Counted from the stretch's first letter, positions 8,835 through 18,546 are shown. The stretch is DNA of 64,000 nucleotides from Candidatus Palauibacter sp. (GCF_965208055.1 NZ_CBDBNY010000004.1:389706-453705); one strand, 5' to 3'. Made by a program: numbers and translations. The notes: a model not told the origin generated them from the sequence alone.

Positions 8835-11800
8835 GCGCCGGGAGCGCCCAGGACCGTGAACCCATCCCCGGATGGAACGAACTCCGCCACGCCGGCTTGC
8901 TGCTGGACGGCCCACGCCTGCATTCCCTCGCCCATCTCGCACCGGGACGACTCGACGAACATGTCGAGGGGCGGCTCCGGCGGCGCGCCGCCGCCGTGCT
9001 GGCCGGTGTGGACGGTGATGCCGCGACCGTCGGCGTGTCCGAGTTCGTTTCTTTCGTCTTCGAGGAGGTCTGCGGCTTTTCCTCCGACTCCGGCGACTGG
9101 CTGCGCGGCAGCCGCATTCCCGCTTCCTGGGGCAGGCGCACGGTAACGGGCGACACCGTTAAGCCACGCCATGTGTGGACGGGCCCTCACGGAGTCTCGC
9201 TACCCATCTTCATCGATGATGCCGCTCGCATCGGCGTCGGCCGGGGACGACGCGCCGTGGGCCGTGTGCTGGGGTGGCTGCGGGCGGGCAGCGAGCACCT
9301 CGCGCTGGTGACCAACGGTCGGCAGTGGCGGCTGGTTTTCGCCGGCCTCGACTACGACGCCTCGTGCGAGTGGGACGCGGAACTCTGGTTCGAGGAGGGT
9401 GGGCTCGCCCCCCAGGTGACGGCGCTGAGGACGCTCCTGCGGCCGGAACTTTGGACGCCGGCGGAGGAAGGCGTCGCGCCGCAACTCCTCCAAGCCATCC
9501 GGGAGACCCGCAAGGGACAGGCCGACCTGTCGGAAGTGCTCGGCGAACGGCTGCGGGAGGCGGTGGAGATTCTGGTTCGGAGCCACGGGGAAGCTTTGAA
9601 GGAGCTTGCCGACGGCGACGATGGCGTCGCGCCCGCCGACATCTATCGTGCGGCCTGCCGGGTCGCCATGCGCGCCGTTGTCATCCTGTTCGCGGAATCG
9701 CGTGATCTACTCCCCCGAAGCAACACGGTCTACCACGAGGGCTACGGCCTGAACGGTCTCTTCGACCAGCTTGAACGGCGTGGGGCGCGCGGGGACGCAA
9801 TGCGAGATGCCTTCGGCGCATGGCCCCGGGTACTGTCGCTCTTCCGGCTGGTGTCGGAGGGTTCGCACCACCCCGACCTGCCCGTGACCGCGTACGGCGG
9901 CGAGCTGTTCGCCCCGGGGCACGGCGACGCCCGGGACGGGGTTTCTCGCGCGCTACATGTGTTCGAAACCGCATGCTTCCGCGGCGATGTGCTCGCGGAC
10001 CGCGATGTCTACGCCATGCTGCGCCTCCTCACTCGCACGAAGGCGAGGATCCGGCAGGGCCGCGGCGGCATGTGGGTGACCGTGCCGGTCGATTTCTCCG
10101 ATCTCTCCTCCGAGTACATCGGCATCGTGTACGAGGGCTTGCTGGACTACGAACTGAAGACCGCGCCGGATGGAGATCCGGTCGTATTTCTGGCCGTCGG
10201 AGATCGTCCCGCGCTGCCTCTGTCCCGCTTGGAGGAGATGGATGACAGGGCGCTTCGCGACCTGTTCGAGAAACTCAGGAAGGGCGCTGCCGACGACGAG
10301 CCCGAGACGGACGAAGGGGAAGCCCTCCAGTCGGACGAGGCTCCGACGGTGGAGGACGTTTCGGACGAGACAGGGCCACCCGGAGACGATGCGGACATGC
10401 GCCGGAGCAACCGGACGCGCGCCGAGACGTGGGCACGGCGAGCGGCCGAAGTGGCCGGATTGGTCAGGAAGCCTCGCGGTCGGCTCACGCCGGAACGCCG
10501 GTTGGCCCATGAGCGCAAGGTCGGGGAGACAGCTCGCAAGTTGGTCCGCGAAGTCGTGCTGCCCGGCGAGTGGTACTTGGCCCGGTGGGGCGGGACCCGG
10601 AAGGGTTCCGGCAGCTTCTATACGCGCCCTGGACTGGCCGTGCCGATCGTCCACCGCGCGCTGCGGCCGCTGGCGTACGATGCACCCTCCGACTTGGCGC
10701 CCGAGGAAGCCAGGCATGCCCCTCCGGTCGAGTGGACTCCGAAGCTCCCCGAGGACATTCTCGCGCTCACGGTCTGCGATCCCGCGTGCGGGTCCGGCTC
10801 GTTCGTTTTGGCCGCCCTGCGGTTTCTCACCGGGGCCCTCTACGAATCGCTGCAGTTCCATGCGCGTATCGAGCGCGATGGCGAGCGGTCTCTCGTCCGG
10901 ATATTGGGGATACGAGGCGGGGAAGGCGACGATCCCGAGCGCCTGAGCGACGAGCAGATCCCCTGTGCCCCCGATCACGAAGACTTCGAGCCGCGCCTGA
11001 AGGCCTGCCTGCGCCGCCATGTGGTCGAGCGCTGCCTCTATGCCGTGGACTTGGATCCGCTGGCCGTCGAGTTGTGCCGTATCTCGCTGTGGATCGAGAC
11101 CATGGACCGCGAGCTGCCGTTCGGCTTCCTGGACCACAAGGTGAAGTGCGGCAACGCACTGATCGGTGCCTGGTTCGACCAGTTCCAGCATTACCCGGTG
11201 ATGGCCTGGAAGAACCGGGAAGGGGGAGACAAGACCCACTCGAACGGTGTCCACTTCGAGAAGAACGCGCGGGGCAAGGCGATCAAAGCCTTCCACAGGG
11301 ACCGCCTGACGCCCGACATGAACCGGTTCCTCGAAGGTGCGACCCTGTTTCAAGAGGATCAGCTGGAGAAGGCAGCGACCGTCCACGACGACGCGATCGA
11401 GGTGCTGGCCTACATGCACGACCTGCCGATTCACGATGCGTCGGAACGGGCGGATGTCTACCGCAAGGAACTGCTGGGCTCAACAGCATGGCGGTCTCTC
11501 AAGGAAGCGATGGACCTATGGTGCGCCTGCTGGTTCTGGCCTGCGGACGACATTGAGCACGCGCCGCTTCCAACAAGCTTCGCGGACCTGCCGCGGGAGA
11601 CGCGGACGGTGGCGAAGGAGGTTGCCGCGCGGCACCGGTTCTTCCACTGGGAACTGGAGTTTCCAGACGTGTTCGACGAGGAGGGGGCCGGGTTCGATGC
11701 GATAGTGGGGAATCCTCCGTGGGACATCGCGAAGCCGGTCTCGATGGAGTTCTTCTCCAACATCGACCCACTCTACCGTTCATACGGTAAGCAGGAAGCG

Positions 11801-12349
11801 CTGCGGAAGCAGACGGAGTACTTCGGAGACGAGGCCGTCGAGCGGGGCTGGCTCGACTACTGCGCCGACTTCCGAGCCCAATCCAATTTTGTGGGCCGGG
11901 CTCGCAACCCGTTCGGCGATCCAGAGAAGACCGAAAAGAGCCAGAACAGGCTTTTTCTGGGGAAGGGCAACCTGGAGAAGCACCGACGCTGGCGAAATGC
12001 TCGGCGTGGCTCGACTGGTTTCGTCGATCCGAAGCACCCGTTTCGGCATCAAGGATCGGCGGACCTGAACCTCTACAAGCTCTTCCTCGAAGCTGCCCAC
12101 GCGTTGGCCAGGAAGGGTGGCCGGATCGGATTCCTGGTTCCTTCGGGGCTCTATTCGGACAACGGCACCGGTGCTCTCAGGACCCTGTTTCTGGAGTCCT
12201 GCCGCTGGAAATGGCTGTTCGGCATCGAGAACCGGGCCAAGATCTTTCCCATCGATAGCCGCGCGAAGTTCAACCCCGTCATCATCGAGAAAGGCGGCAC
12301 GACGGAGGCGATACAGACCGCCTTCATGCGCCGCAGCCTTGACGATTAG
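8831..12349 (+). CDS. N6-adenine DNA methyltransferase, N-terminal 1172 codons (DrmMI-like / type IIG-like); ends at an in-frame TAG
   Basis: SAM motif I is VCDPACGSGSFVLAAL (about 10772) and catalytic motif IV is IVGNPPWD (11704-11727). The N-terminal LALVTNGRQWRL motif is typical of large RM/BREX-type methylases. The same frame continues open directly after TAG 12347-12349. Confidence 0.85.
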   Translation: MSAGSAQDREPIPGWNELRHAGLLLDGPRLHSLAHLAPGRLDEHVEGRLRRRAAAVLAGVDGDAATVGVSEFVSFVFEEVCGFSSDSGDWLRGSRIPASWGRRTVTGDTVKPRHVWTGPHGVSLPIFIDDAARIGVGRGRRAVGRVLGWLRAGSEHLALVTNGRQWRLVFAGLDYDASCEWDAELWFEEGGLAPQVTALRTLLRPELWTPAEEGVAPQLLQAIRETRKGQADLSEVLGERLREAVEILVRSHGEALKELADGDDGVAPADIYRAACRVAMRAVVILFAESRDLLPRSNTVYHEGYGLNGLFDQLERRGARGDAMRDAFGAWPRVLSLFRLVSEGSHHPDLPVTAYGGELFAPGHGDARDGVSRALHVFETACFRGDVLADRDVYAMLRLLTRTKARIRQGRGGMWVTVPVDFSDLSSEYIGIVYEGLLDYELKTAPDGDPVVFLAVGDRPALPLSRLEEMDDRALRDLFEKLRKGAADDEPETDEGEALQSDEAPTVEDVSDETGPPGDDADMRRSNRTRAETWARRAAEVAGLVRKPRGRLTPERRLAHERKVGETARKLVREVVLPGEWYLARWGGTRKGSGSFYTRPGLAVPIVHRALRPLAYDAPSDLAPEEARHAPPVEWTPKLPEDILALTVCDPACGSGSFVLAALRFLTGALYESLQFHARIERDGERSLVRILGIRGGEGDDPERLSDEQIPCAPDHEDFEPRLKACLRRHVVERCLYAVDLDPLAVELCRISLWIETMDRELPFGFLDHKVKCGNALIGAWFDQFQHYPVMAWKNREGGDKTHSNGVHFEKNARGKAIKAFHRDRLTPDMNRFLEGATLFQEDQLEKAATVHDDAIEVLAYMHDLPIHDASERADVYRKELLGSTAWRSLKEAMDLWCACWFWPADDIEHAPLPTSFADLPRETRTVAKEVAARHRFFHWELEFPDVFDEEGAGFDAIVGNPPWDIAKPVSMEFFSNIDPLYRSYGKQEALRKQTEYFGDEAVERGWLDYCADFRAQSNFVGRARNPFGDPEKTEKSQNRLFLGKGNLEKHRRWRNARRGSTGFVDPKHPFRHQGSADLNLYKLFLEAAHALARKGGRIGFLVPSGLYSDNGTGALRTLFLESCRWKWLFGIENRAKIFPIDSRAKFNPVIIEKGGTTEAIQTAFMRRSLDD

Positions 12350-12391
12350 GAGCGCGCCGAGGATGTCGGCACGGCCTACACGCGCGCGCAG

Positions 12392-14263
12392 GTGGAGCGG
12401 TTCAGCCCCAAGAGCCGCGCCATCCTCGAAATCCAGTCCGCGCGCGATCTGGAGATCCTTGAGAAGATCTACGCGAACTCCGTGCTGCTCGGCGATGACG
12501 GGCCCGACGGGTGGGGTATCCGCTACGCCACCGAGTTCCACATGACCAACGACTCCAAGCTCTTCCCGCCGCGCCCCAAGTGGGAGGAGAAGGGCTACCG
12601 CCCGGACGAGTACAGCCGCTGGCTGAAAGGCGACTGGCGTCCCATCGAGGAGCTGTGGGCGGAACTGGGCATCGATCCCGACCGGCCCGAGCCCGCGGAG
12701 ATCGAGCTGGATGACTGGCTCTTCGACACGAGCGCCGATCCCGAGCGGCGGGAGGCCGAAGCTCGGTTCGTGCATGGCCACCTCCTGAGGCCGGGTGATG
12801 TGGCGCGGACGGATTGGGCCGTTCGGTGCGCGCAACCGCCGTATGATCGGCTGCCGGTGCCGCGCGTGGCGATTCCGCCCGGCGTCATCCTCTCACGCGA
12901 CGGGACGGAGTGGATAAGGGAAGAACCGGGCGTCGAGGATGTGGCCTTGCCGTTGTACGAAGGCCGCATGATCGGCCAGTTCGACTTCAGCGAGAAGGGA
13001 TGGGTAAGCGGGACGGGTAGGAGCGCGGTGTGGCGGGAAATTCCGTGGGAAAAGAAGCAGATCGAGCCGCAGTACTTGATGGGAGCGGCGGATTACGGGG
13101 CAGAGGTTCCGCTTCCGTGGCGACCGAAGTTGGCACATATGCGAATCGGGTCCGCCACAAACGCGCGGACGGCAGTCGGATCTTTCCTCTGCGGAATGCC
13201 TGCCGGCGACACTGCTGCAACACTATTTGGTGCGGGCGTGGAGCGGTCTCTCGCCTTGGCCGCCGTATTCGGATCATTCTCCTTCGATTTCGTGACGCGG
13301 TGCCGGGTTTCGGGACTCCATATCGACTACCACGTAGTCGAGCAAAACCCGCTTTGCTCAAATCATCGAGAGATTGAGAATTTCGCAGGTATCTGGAGAG
13401 TGGCGGGAGCACTCTGTTTGACGGCTCGAGGGTTTTCTCCGGCCGCAATTGAACTGCTTGGAACCGGCGTCGCAGCAACGGCCACCGCGACGGCTTTCAC
13501 AGTTTCGGAACGGCTTCGCCTATGCGCTGTCTTGGATGCCACGGTCGCTGTGCTATTCGGGTTGGACTACTCCGATCTCCAGAGAATCCTGACTTCCTGC
13601 GACCTGTCCTCAGAGGACATCGCAGCTGGCGGGCTGGATCCAAAGGGCTTCTGGCGGATTGACAGGAATCGAGATCCCGCACTCCGCCAGACGGTGCTCA
13701 CGCTGGTCGCTTTCCACGACCTCGAGACAAGGATCGACGCCGCGAACGGCGACCGCGACAAGGGAATCGGAGCCTTCTTTGCCCAGAACAGCGGCGAAGG
13801 CTGGTTGCTTCCCGAAACCCTTCGCTTGGCCGATTACGGACTGGGCCATGACGACCGCGCCCAGCACCACCAGCCCGTCGCCAGCCGTCTCGGTCCACGA
13901 TTCTACGATTGGCAGCTCGCCCAGAGCGCCGAGGAGGATCGACGAGAGTGCCACCTGCATGCGCGCAACCTTCTGGGGCGGGTCGAGTACGTTCAGCTGC
14001 TCGACCGGTTGGTCCGACACCGCAGACGGCACGGACAGGGGCACCACGACCTCCTCTTCAACGGTTTTACGCACGACTTGATCGGCGACACCTCGTCGAT
14101 CGATGGCAAGGAGTTTGTTTACCCGGAGGCGGACCAGATTCTCGAGGAAGAAGGAGCGGCTCGGCGCGTCGCCGAAGGGGGGCCGGTGGACTCAACCGCG
14201 CCCTTCCGCAGGCCGGGTCAGACCGAGATGTTCCCAAGGCCTCAGACCGAGCTTCCCCTGTAG
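12392..14263 (+). CDS. C-terminal continuation of the same methyltransferase reading frame (target-recognition/C-terminal region)
   Basis: This ORF is in the same frame as 8831-12349, and the frame is already open from 12350. The sequence (ERFSPKSRAILEIQSARDLEILEKIY..., ATEFHMTNDSKLF) reads like the region that normally follows the catalytic domain in these large methylases. GTG 12392 is only the first possible restart. Confidence 0.7.
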   Translation: MERFSPKSRAILEIQSARDLEILEKIYANSVLLGDDGPDGWGIRYATEFHMTNDSKLFPPRPKWEEKGYRPDEYSRWLKGDWRPIEELWAELGIDPDRPEPAEIELDDWLFDTSADPERREAEARFVHGHLLRPGDVARTDWAVRCAQPPYDRLPVPRVAIPPGVILSRDGTEWIREEPGVEDVALPLYEGRMIGQFDFSEKGWVSGTGRSAVWREIPWEKKQIEPQYLMGAADYGAEVPLPWRPKLAHMRIGSATNARTAVGSFLCGMPAGDTAATLFGAGVERSLALAAVFGSFSFDFVTRCRVSGLHIDYHVVEQNPLCSNHREIENFAGIWRVAGALCLTARGFSPAAIELLGTGVAATATATAFTVSERLRLCAVLDATVAVLFGLDYSDLQRILTSCDLSSEDIAAGGLDPKGFWRIDRNRDPALRQTVLTLVAFHDLETRIDAANGDRDKGIGAFFAQNSGEGWLLPETLRLADYGLGHDDRAQHHQPVASRLGPRFYDWQLAQSAEEDRRECHLHARNLLGRVEYVQLLDRLVRHRRRHGQGHHDLLFNGFTHDLIGDTSSIDGKEFVYPEADQILEEEGAARRVAEGGPVDSTAPFRRPGQTEMFPRPQTELPL

Positions 14264-14274
14264 GAGACAGCACC

Positions 14275-15480
14275 GTGTTCGACACGCCCGACCAGATCCT
14301 CCGGCAGTTGCGAGCCGGGGAGGACAGCCGCGCCGAGTTCAAGGAAATCCGTTTCGGCGAACGAGGCGTGATCTCCCCGAACACGGAGGATTTCGCGGCG
14401 GAGATGGTGTCGTTCGCCAACGCGGAGGGCGGGACGATCTTCCTTGGCGTGGATGACGACGGGGACATCGTCGGCGTGCCTCGGGAGAAGTCGCAGCTCG
14501 TGGAGCAATGGGTGCTCAACGTGGCAACCCAGAACTGCGATCCGCCCCTCCGGCCGCAGGTCAGGCGGGAGGCCCTTCCGGTCCCGGGGGAGAACGGCAT
14601 GTCCATCATCATCGTGACCGTGCCGCGGGGACTTTTTGCCCACTGTACCTCGGGCGGCCGCTATTATGCCCGCCTCGGCTCGACCAAGCGACGTCTCGCT
14701 CCCCCGGAGCTGGCCCGCCTTTTTCAGGAGCGTGGCCGAGGGTATGTGTTCGACGAGCAGCAGGTCTTCTCCGGCGCGGTGGAGGACTTGGACTGGAACC
14801 GGTTGGAGGCGTTCTTCGGCCGCTCGCCGAGAATTCCATGGCTTGACCTCCTACGGAACACGCGGGTGACCACCCGCGACGAAAGCGGCGTGGACCGGCC
14901 TACGGTTGCCGGGTTGCTCGCCTTCTCGTCGGATCCCGCCCGCCTGCTGCCATCCGCGTACATAGAGGCGGCTTGCTACGGCGGAACCCGGCTCTCATCC
15001 GATGACCTCGTGCATGCCGAGCGCCTCGCGGGCCCGGTTTCCGACCAGGTCGACGCGGGCATCGCCTTCGTCATGCACTTCATGAATGCCGGGCGCCCCG
15101 CCGAGGGCAAGGACGTGTACGACATCGATGTGGTGGACGAGGCCATCGTCAACGCCGTGGCCCACCGGGACTACTCGGTCTCCGGCTCGAAGATCCGCCT
15201 GTTCCTTTATGCCGACCGGCTGGAGCTGTACAGCCCCGGAAAGCTTCCCAACGGCCTGACGATCGAGGAGATGCCCTACCGCACCTTCACGCGCAACCAG
15301 CTTCTGGTCAGCTTCCTCTCGAAGATGCGCAGCAAGCGCACCGGCCAGGTCTTCCTGGAGTCACGAGGTGAGGGCGTGCGGAAGATCCTCGATGACGGCG
15401 AGGCCCACGCGGGCCGCCGCCCGGAATACGAGCTGTTCGGCAACGAGCTCCGCCTGACGATTTGGGCGCTGAGGCGGTAG
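14275..15480 (+). CDS. AlbA_2 (Schlafen-like) plus HATPase_c_4-type putative DNA-binding ATPase/regulator
   Basis: GTG 14275 is preceded by GGAGA. The N-terminus (EDSRAEFKE...NAEGGTIFLGVDDDG) is typical of the AlbA_2 domain. The C-terminus (NAVAHRDYS...IRLFLYADRLELYSPG) is typical of the RecG-like C-terminal ATPase-like domain. Confidence 0.8.
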   Translation: MFDTPDQILRQLRAGEDSRAEFKEIRFGERGVISPNTEDFAAEMVSFANAEGGTIFLGVDDDGDIVGVPREKSQLVEQWVLNVATQNCDPPLRPQVRREALPVPGENGMSIIIVTVPRGLFAHCTSGGRYYARLGSTKRRLAPPELARLFQERGRGYVFDEQQVFSGAVEDLDWNRLEAFFGRSPRIPWLDLLRNTRVTTRDESGVDRPTVAGLLAFSSDPARLLPSAYIEAACYGGTRLSSDDLVHAERLAGPVSDQVDAGIAFVMHFMNAGRPAEGKDVYDIDVVDEAIVNAVAHRDYSVSGSKIRLFLYADRLELYSPGKLPNGLTIEEMPYRTFTRNQLLVSFLSKMRSKRTGQVFLESRGEGVRKILDDGEAHAGRRPEYELFGNELRLTIWALRR

Positions 15481-15640
15481 CCGTGGGCACGACCGCCGTC
15501 AAGGCGAGAACGGTCACCGCTTGCGAAGGTCGACGCCGCAGCCGAGGCAGGGTCGAGGAAACGGGGCTTCGCGTGACGCCGAGATGTGGACGGGACGATT
15601 CCAGATCACCGGTTAGTATGATATGACAATCGGAGGCACG

Positions 15641-16900
15641 ATGGCGTTACCGCAAATCAGCAAAGCCAGCCGCAACGAGTTTCGAGAGGTTCTCAGCGGC
15701 CATTTTGTTCTGCGAGATATCAGCGATATCTTCACGGGTGCCGGTTTCTCGGATGACGTCACTTGGGAGAAGTGGGGCAATCGTCGCAAACTCGCTGAAG
15801 ATTATTTCGCAACCCTGAACCCGGCGAGGCAACGCGATATCGCCATGCTATTGGCGGCCGTCAATGAAACAGCGGTTCGGTTAACGGCAGACGGTATCCC
15901 TGAGGGCATTAGCGATTTCATCCGACTGATGAGGGAAGATGGCTACAGCTATGAGGATGGTACCTTCACGGCAGTGCAGCAGGAGGGGGCGGTAACGGAG
16001 GAGCTAATGATGTGGTCATTGTCTACCTACAATTTCATTTGCTACGGTAGTCCCGATGCTCTCGTGTTTCGGGACCATACGGGTTCCAGTACATTCCCGA
16101 GGGATCGGTTGTTCGAGTACACGAGTGAGGTGCTGAAGCTCCGGTATGAGACGGACGTGTCTTCGCTCGCCAAGCTGCCTGCTCTTATTGTCGCGGAGGC
16201 CATGCCTGACGGGAAACCCGAGACACCTGCTTTCCTTGCACAGATTGGCGATGTCCACATTGACGGTGACGATGTCCGGTTCCGGTTTCGACGGATCGAG
16301 ACGGAGCAGTTCAGTTCTGAGGAGATATTTGAATCACGACGGTTCGACACAGGACGCTGGGAGCACTCACGGACGCACTGGGCGGTCAAGGAAGGCGATG
16401 TGCTTGAGGGGCTCTTTCTTTTTTTCGCTGATCGCGCGAGCGCGCAAGAAGCGCTGTTCCCGAGTATTGCAAAACCACGATTTGTTCGCCTCGACGATTG
16501 GCCTGCACCGGTCTTGGGACACGTCGCCGTCATGATGCCGTTCGATCGTGAGTATGACGTCGTCTATGACCGGATTCGGAAAGCTTGCGATATCCACAAA
16601 CTTGACGCCGTACGAGTTGACGACATCTATGGGCCCAGTAGCATCATCGACGATGTTTTCAAGCTTATTGTGCAAAGCAGATTTGTGATCAGCGATCTGA
16701 CTAACAAGAACCCAAATGTCTTATACGAGACTGGTATCGCCCACGCACGCAACAGCGAAGTCATAATGATCGTGCAGAATGATGCGGATATACCGTTTGA
16801 TCTCCGGCACATTAGATATATCAAATATCTCCCCAATGATGAAGGATATAGTCAACTCGAAACGGATCTGGTGAAAGCGATCGCTGCGATTGTTGAATGA
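15641..16900 (+). CDS. Two-domain protein with a C-terminal nucleoside 2-deoxyribosyltransferase-like / TIR-like domain; the N-terminal domain is unknown
   Basis: ATG 15641 sits 5 nt after GGAGG. The C-terminal motif string is VAVMMPFD...VISDLTNKNPNVLYETGIAHA...IPFDLRHIRYIKY. The gene has markedly lower G+C than its flanks. Confidence 0.7.
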   Translation: MALPQISKASRNEFREVLSGHFVLRDISDIFTGAGFSDDVTWEKWGNRRKLAEDYFATLNPARQRDIAMLLAAVNETAVRLTADGIPEGISDFIRLMREDGYSYEDGTFTAVQQEGAVTEELMMWSLSTYNFICYGSPDALVFRDHTGSSTFPRDRLFEYTSEVLKLRYETDVSSLAKLPALIVAEAMPDGKPETPAFLAQIGDVHIDGDDVRFRFRRIETEQFSSEEIFESRRFDTGRWEHSRTHWAVKEGDVLEGLFLFFADRASAQEALFPSIAKPRFVRLDDWPAPVLGHVAVMMPFDREYDVVYDRIRKACDIHKLDAVRVDDIYGPSSIIDDVFKLIVQSRFVISDLTNKNPNVLYETGIAHARNSEVIMIVQNDADIPFDLRHIRYIKYLPNDEGYSQLETDLVKAIAAIVE

Positions 16901-16987
16901 TTGCAGTGGAGGCATAACCGGAGGTGGCGCGGAGATACTGTGGCGGTCGAGGAGGACCGGGAGACGAGGCGGTCGTTGTGGGTGGAG

Positions 16988-18505
16988 TTACGATATGGAT
17001 GGCGAGGGTTGAGTCGTGCCGGCAGGCATGCGCAGCCGCTTGCCCTCGCTTTCAGCCTCGTCGGGATCCAGGAAGGCATGGCACGCTTCCAGCTCCCGTT
17101 GCGTCTCTCGAAGCGAGGTCCAGCCGACGGCAAGGGTCCAGCGCTGGGCGTAGTTGAGCATGTCGATCAGAGGCTGGGGCCGCCGGTCCGTCCGGGACAG
17201 CGCACGGAGTGCGGCGAGGTAGTTGTTTCGGTACGCGGTCGGGATGATGATCCGCTCTTCGCCGGCCGTCACGAGTTCCGCATTCATCATCACGCGGGCG
17301 ACGCGTCCGTTTCCGTCCGCGAAGGGATGCACCTCGGCCACGAGGAACATCATGTAGACCGCCCGGGCAAAAGGCGACTCGAGGCTTCGATACAGGGAGA
17401 AACCTCGTTCCAGCGTCCCTGATACCAGATCGGGGAGGACGAAGTGGGTGCCGCCGGCCTTGTTCGCAGCGTCCTTGAACTCGCCGGGGCGCATTTCGGG
17501 ACGCCCGGACATGATATGCCGGTGGCGGCTCCGCAGTAGATTGGTAAGCTCCGCTGGATCTCGCGGTGTGCGCGTCATCTCCTGTGGATCGGAGACGAGA
17601 CGCCACGTTCCGACCACATCGCGAGCATCCGCGGGTCTGCGCTGTGGAATCTCGCCGTCGAAAACGATTCGCACGGCCTCGTCGACCAGGAACTCGGTGC
17701 CCTCGACGAAGTTCGAGAAGTATGCCTCGAAGAACGCCAGCGTGGCGCGGCCCTGCCCATCCCGGTGAGGTGCGGATCGTACGGTCGGAGGATGATCGCG
17801 GAGCGCCCGATGCAGCTTGTGAAACAATTCCATGCGGTCGGGATCGTAGGCGTTCCCCCGGCTGCGGGCCCGCGCAAGCGGAGAATCGAGTTCACTGCGG
17901 CGCGTGCCGAGGAGAGTGCCGATGAGAGCGTCGAGGCGGGCCGCCTCCTCCTCCAGACCGAGTTCGGCGGCCACGGCGCGGGCCTCGTCCCGCAGCTGCT
18001 TGACGGTCGGTTCGCCGGAGCGACGGATGAGGCGATCAAGTTCTTCCTCGATCTGAGCTTGGGGGAGCGTGCGCGGCACGCGGCCGCCCCGGGCCCGCGA
18101 CGGGCGCAGGTTCTGCAGGTAGGCCCGGGTCCTCGAACTGAGGTATAGTCCTTCAACGAAGGGCATATCGGACGTGGTCGGCCCGGAACCGCGTCTCGGA
18201 CGGAGTACGATGCCGGGTATCTCGATGGTCCTGCCGCGCTCGCTGATGAGGCATACCGAGCCATCGGACGCGGGGGCCGCCTCGAAGGCCGTGCGGTCGG
18301 CGACCAGAGCGCCCGGGAAATACCCGGCGACGATCGTCCACAGGTTGCGTCTCACAACATCCTCGGGCGCATCGTCCAGGTTCTTCGTGTAGAGGCGGGA
18401 CGCGAGCTTGCGCAGCGTCCCGGCCTTCACGGCCCGCGACACTTCGCCGCTGATCGCCGTATGCGACACGAAGGCTTCGGGCAGTTCGTCCAGCGTGCGG
18501 TTCAT
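16988..18505 (-). CDS. Fic-family AMP-transferase with an N-terminal AbiEi-antitoxin-like wHTH domain
   Basis: The canonical Fic motif HPFADGNGRVAR is present. An inhibitory-helix-like motif SNFVEG matches [ST]xxxE[GN]. The N-terminus (SRAVKAGTLRKLASRLYT) resembles AbiEi-type DNA-binding domains. The start was chosen at MNRTLDEL. Confidence 0.85.
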   Translation of the reverse strand: MNRTLDELPEAFVSHTAISGEVSRAVKAGTLRKLASRLYTKNLDDAPEDVVRRNLWTIVAGYFPGALVADRTAFEAAPASDGSVCLISERGRTIEIPGIVLRPRRGSGPTTSDMPFVEGLYLSSRTRAYLQNLRPSRARGGRVPRTLPQAQIEEELDRLIRRSGEPTVKQLRDEARAVAAELGLEEEAARLDALIGTLLGTRRSELDSPLARARSRGNAYDPDRMELFHKLHRALRDHPPTVRSAPHRDGQGRATLAFFEAYFSNFVEGTEFLVDEAVRIVFDGEIPQRRPADARDVVGTWRLVSDPQEMTRTPRDPAELTNLLRSRHRHIMSGRPEMRPGEFKDAANKAGGTHFVLPDLVSGTLERGFSLYRSLESPFARAVYMMFLVAEVHPFADGNGRVARVMMNAELVTAGEERIIIPTAYRNNYLAALRALSRTDRRPQPLIDMLNYAQRWTLAVGWTSLRETQRELEACHAFLDPDEAESEGKRLRMPAGTTQPSPSIS

Positions 18506-18546
18506 CGAATTTTTCCGGGGATAACGACACGAGAATCGCGCAAAAC

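Noticed and set aside
12347-12349. Reading the in-frame TAG in the methyltransferase as pyrrolysine.
   Set aside because: Nothing in the window suggests pyl genes, and the lineage is not one where Pyl decoding is expected. It is kept only as a possibility to exclude in the amber-codon finding.
15548-16965. A weak direct repeat, GGTCGAGGAAACGGGG (about 15553) against GGTCGAGGAGGACCGGG (about 16946), flanking the low-GC cassette.
   Set aside because: Only about 13 of 16 positions match, the sequence is GC-rich, and the match is short enough to arise by chance in this composition. It is not convincing as a target-site duplication.
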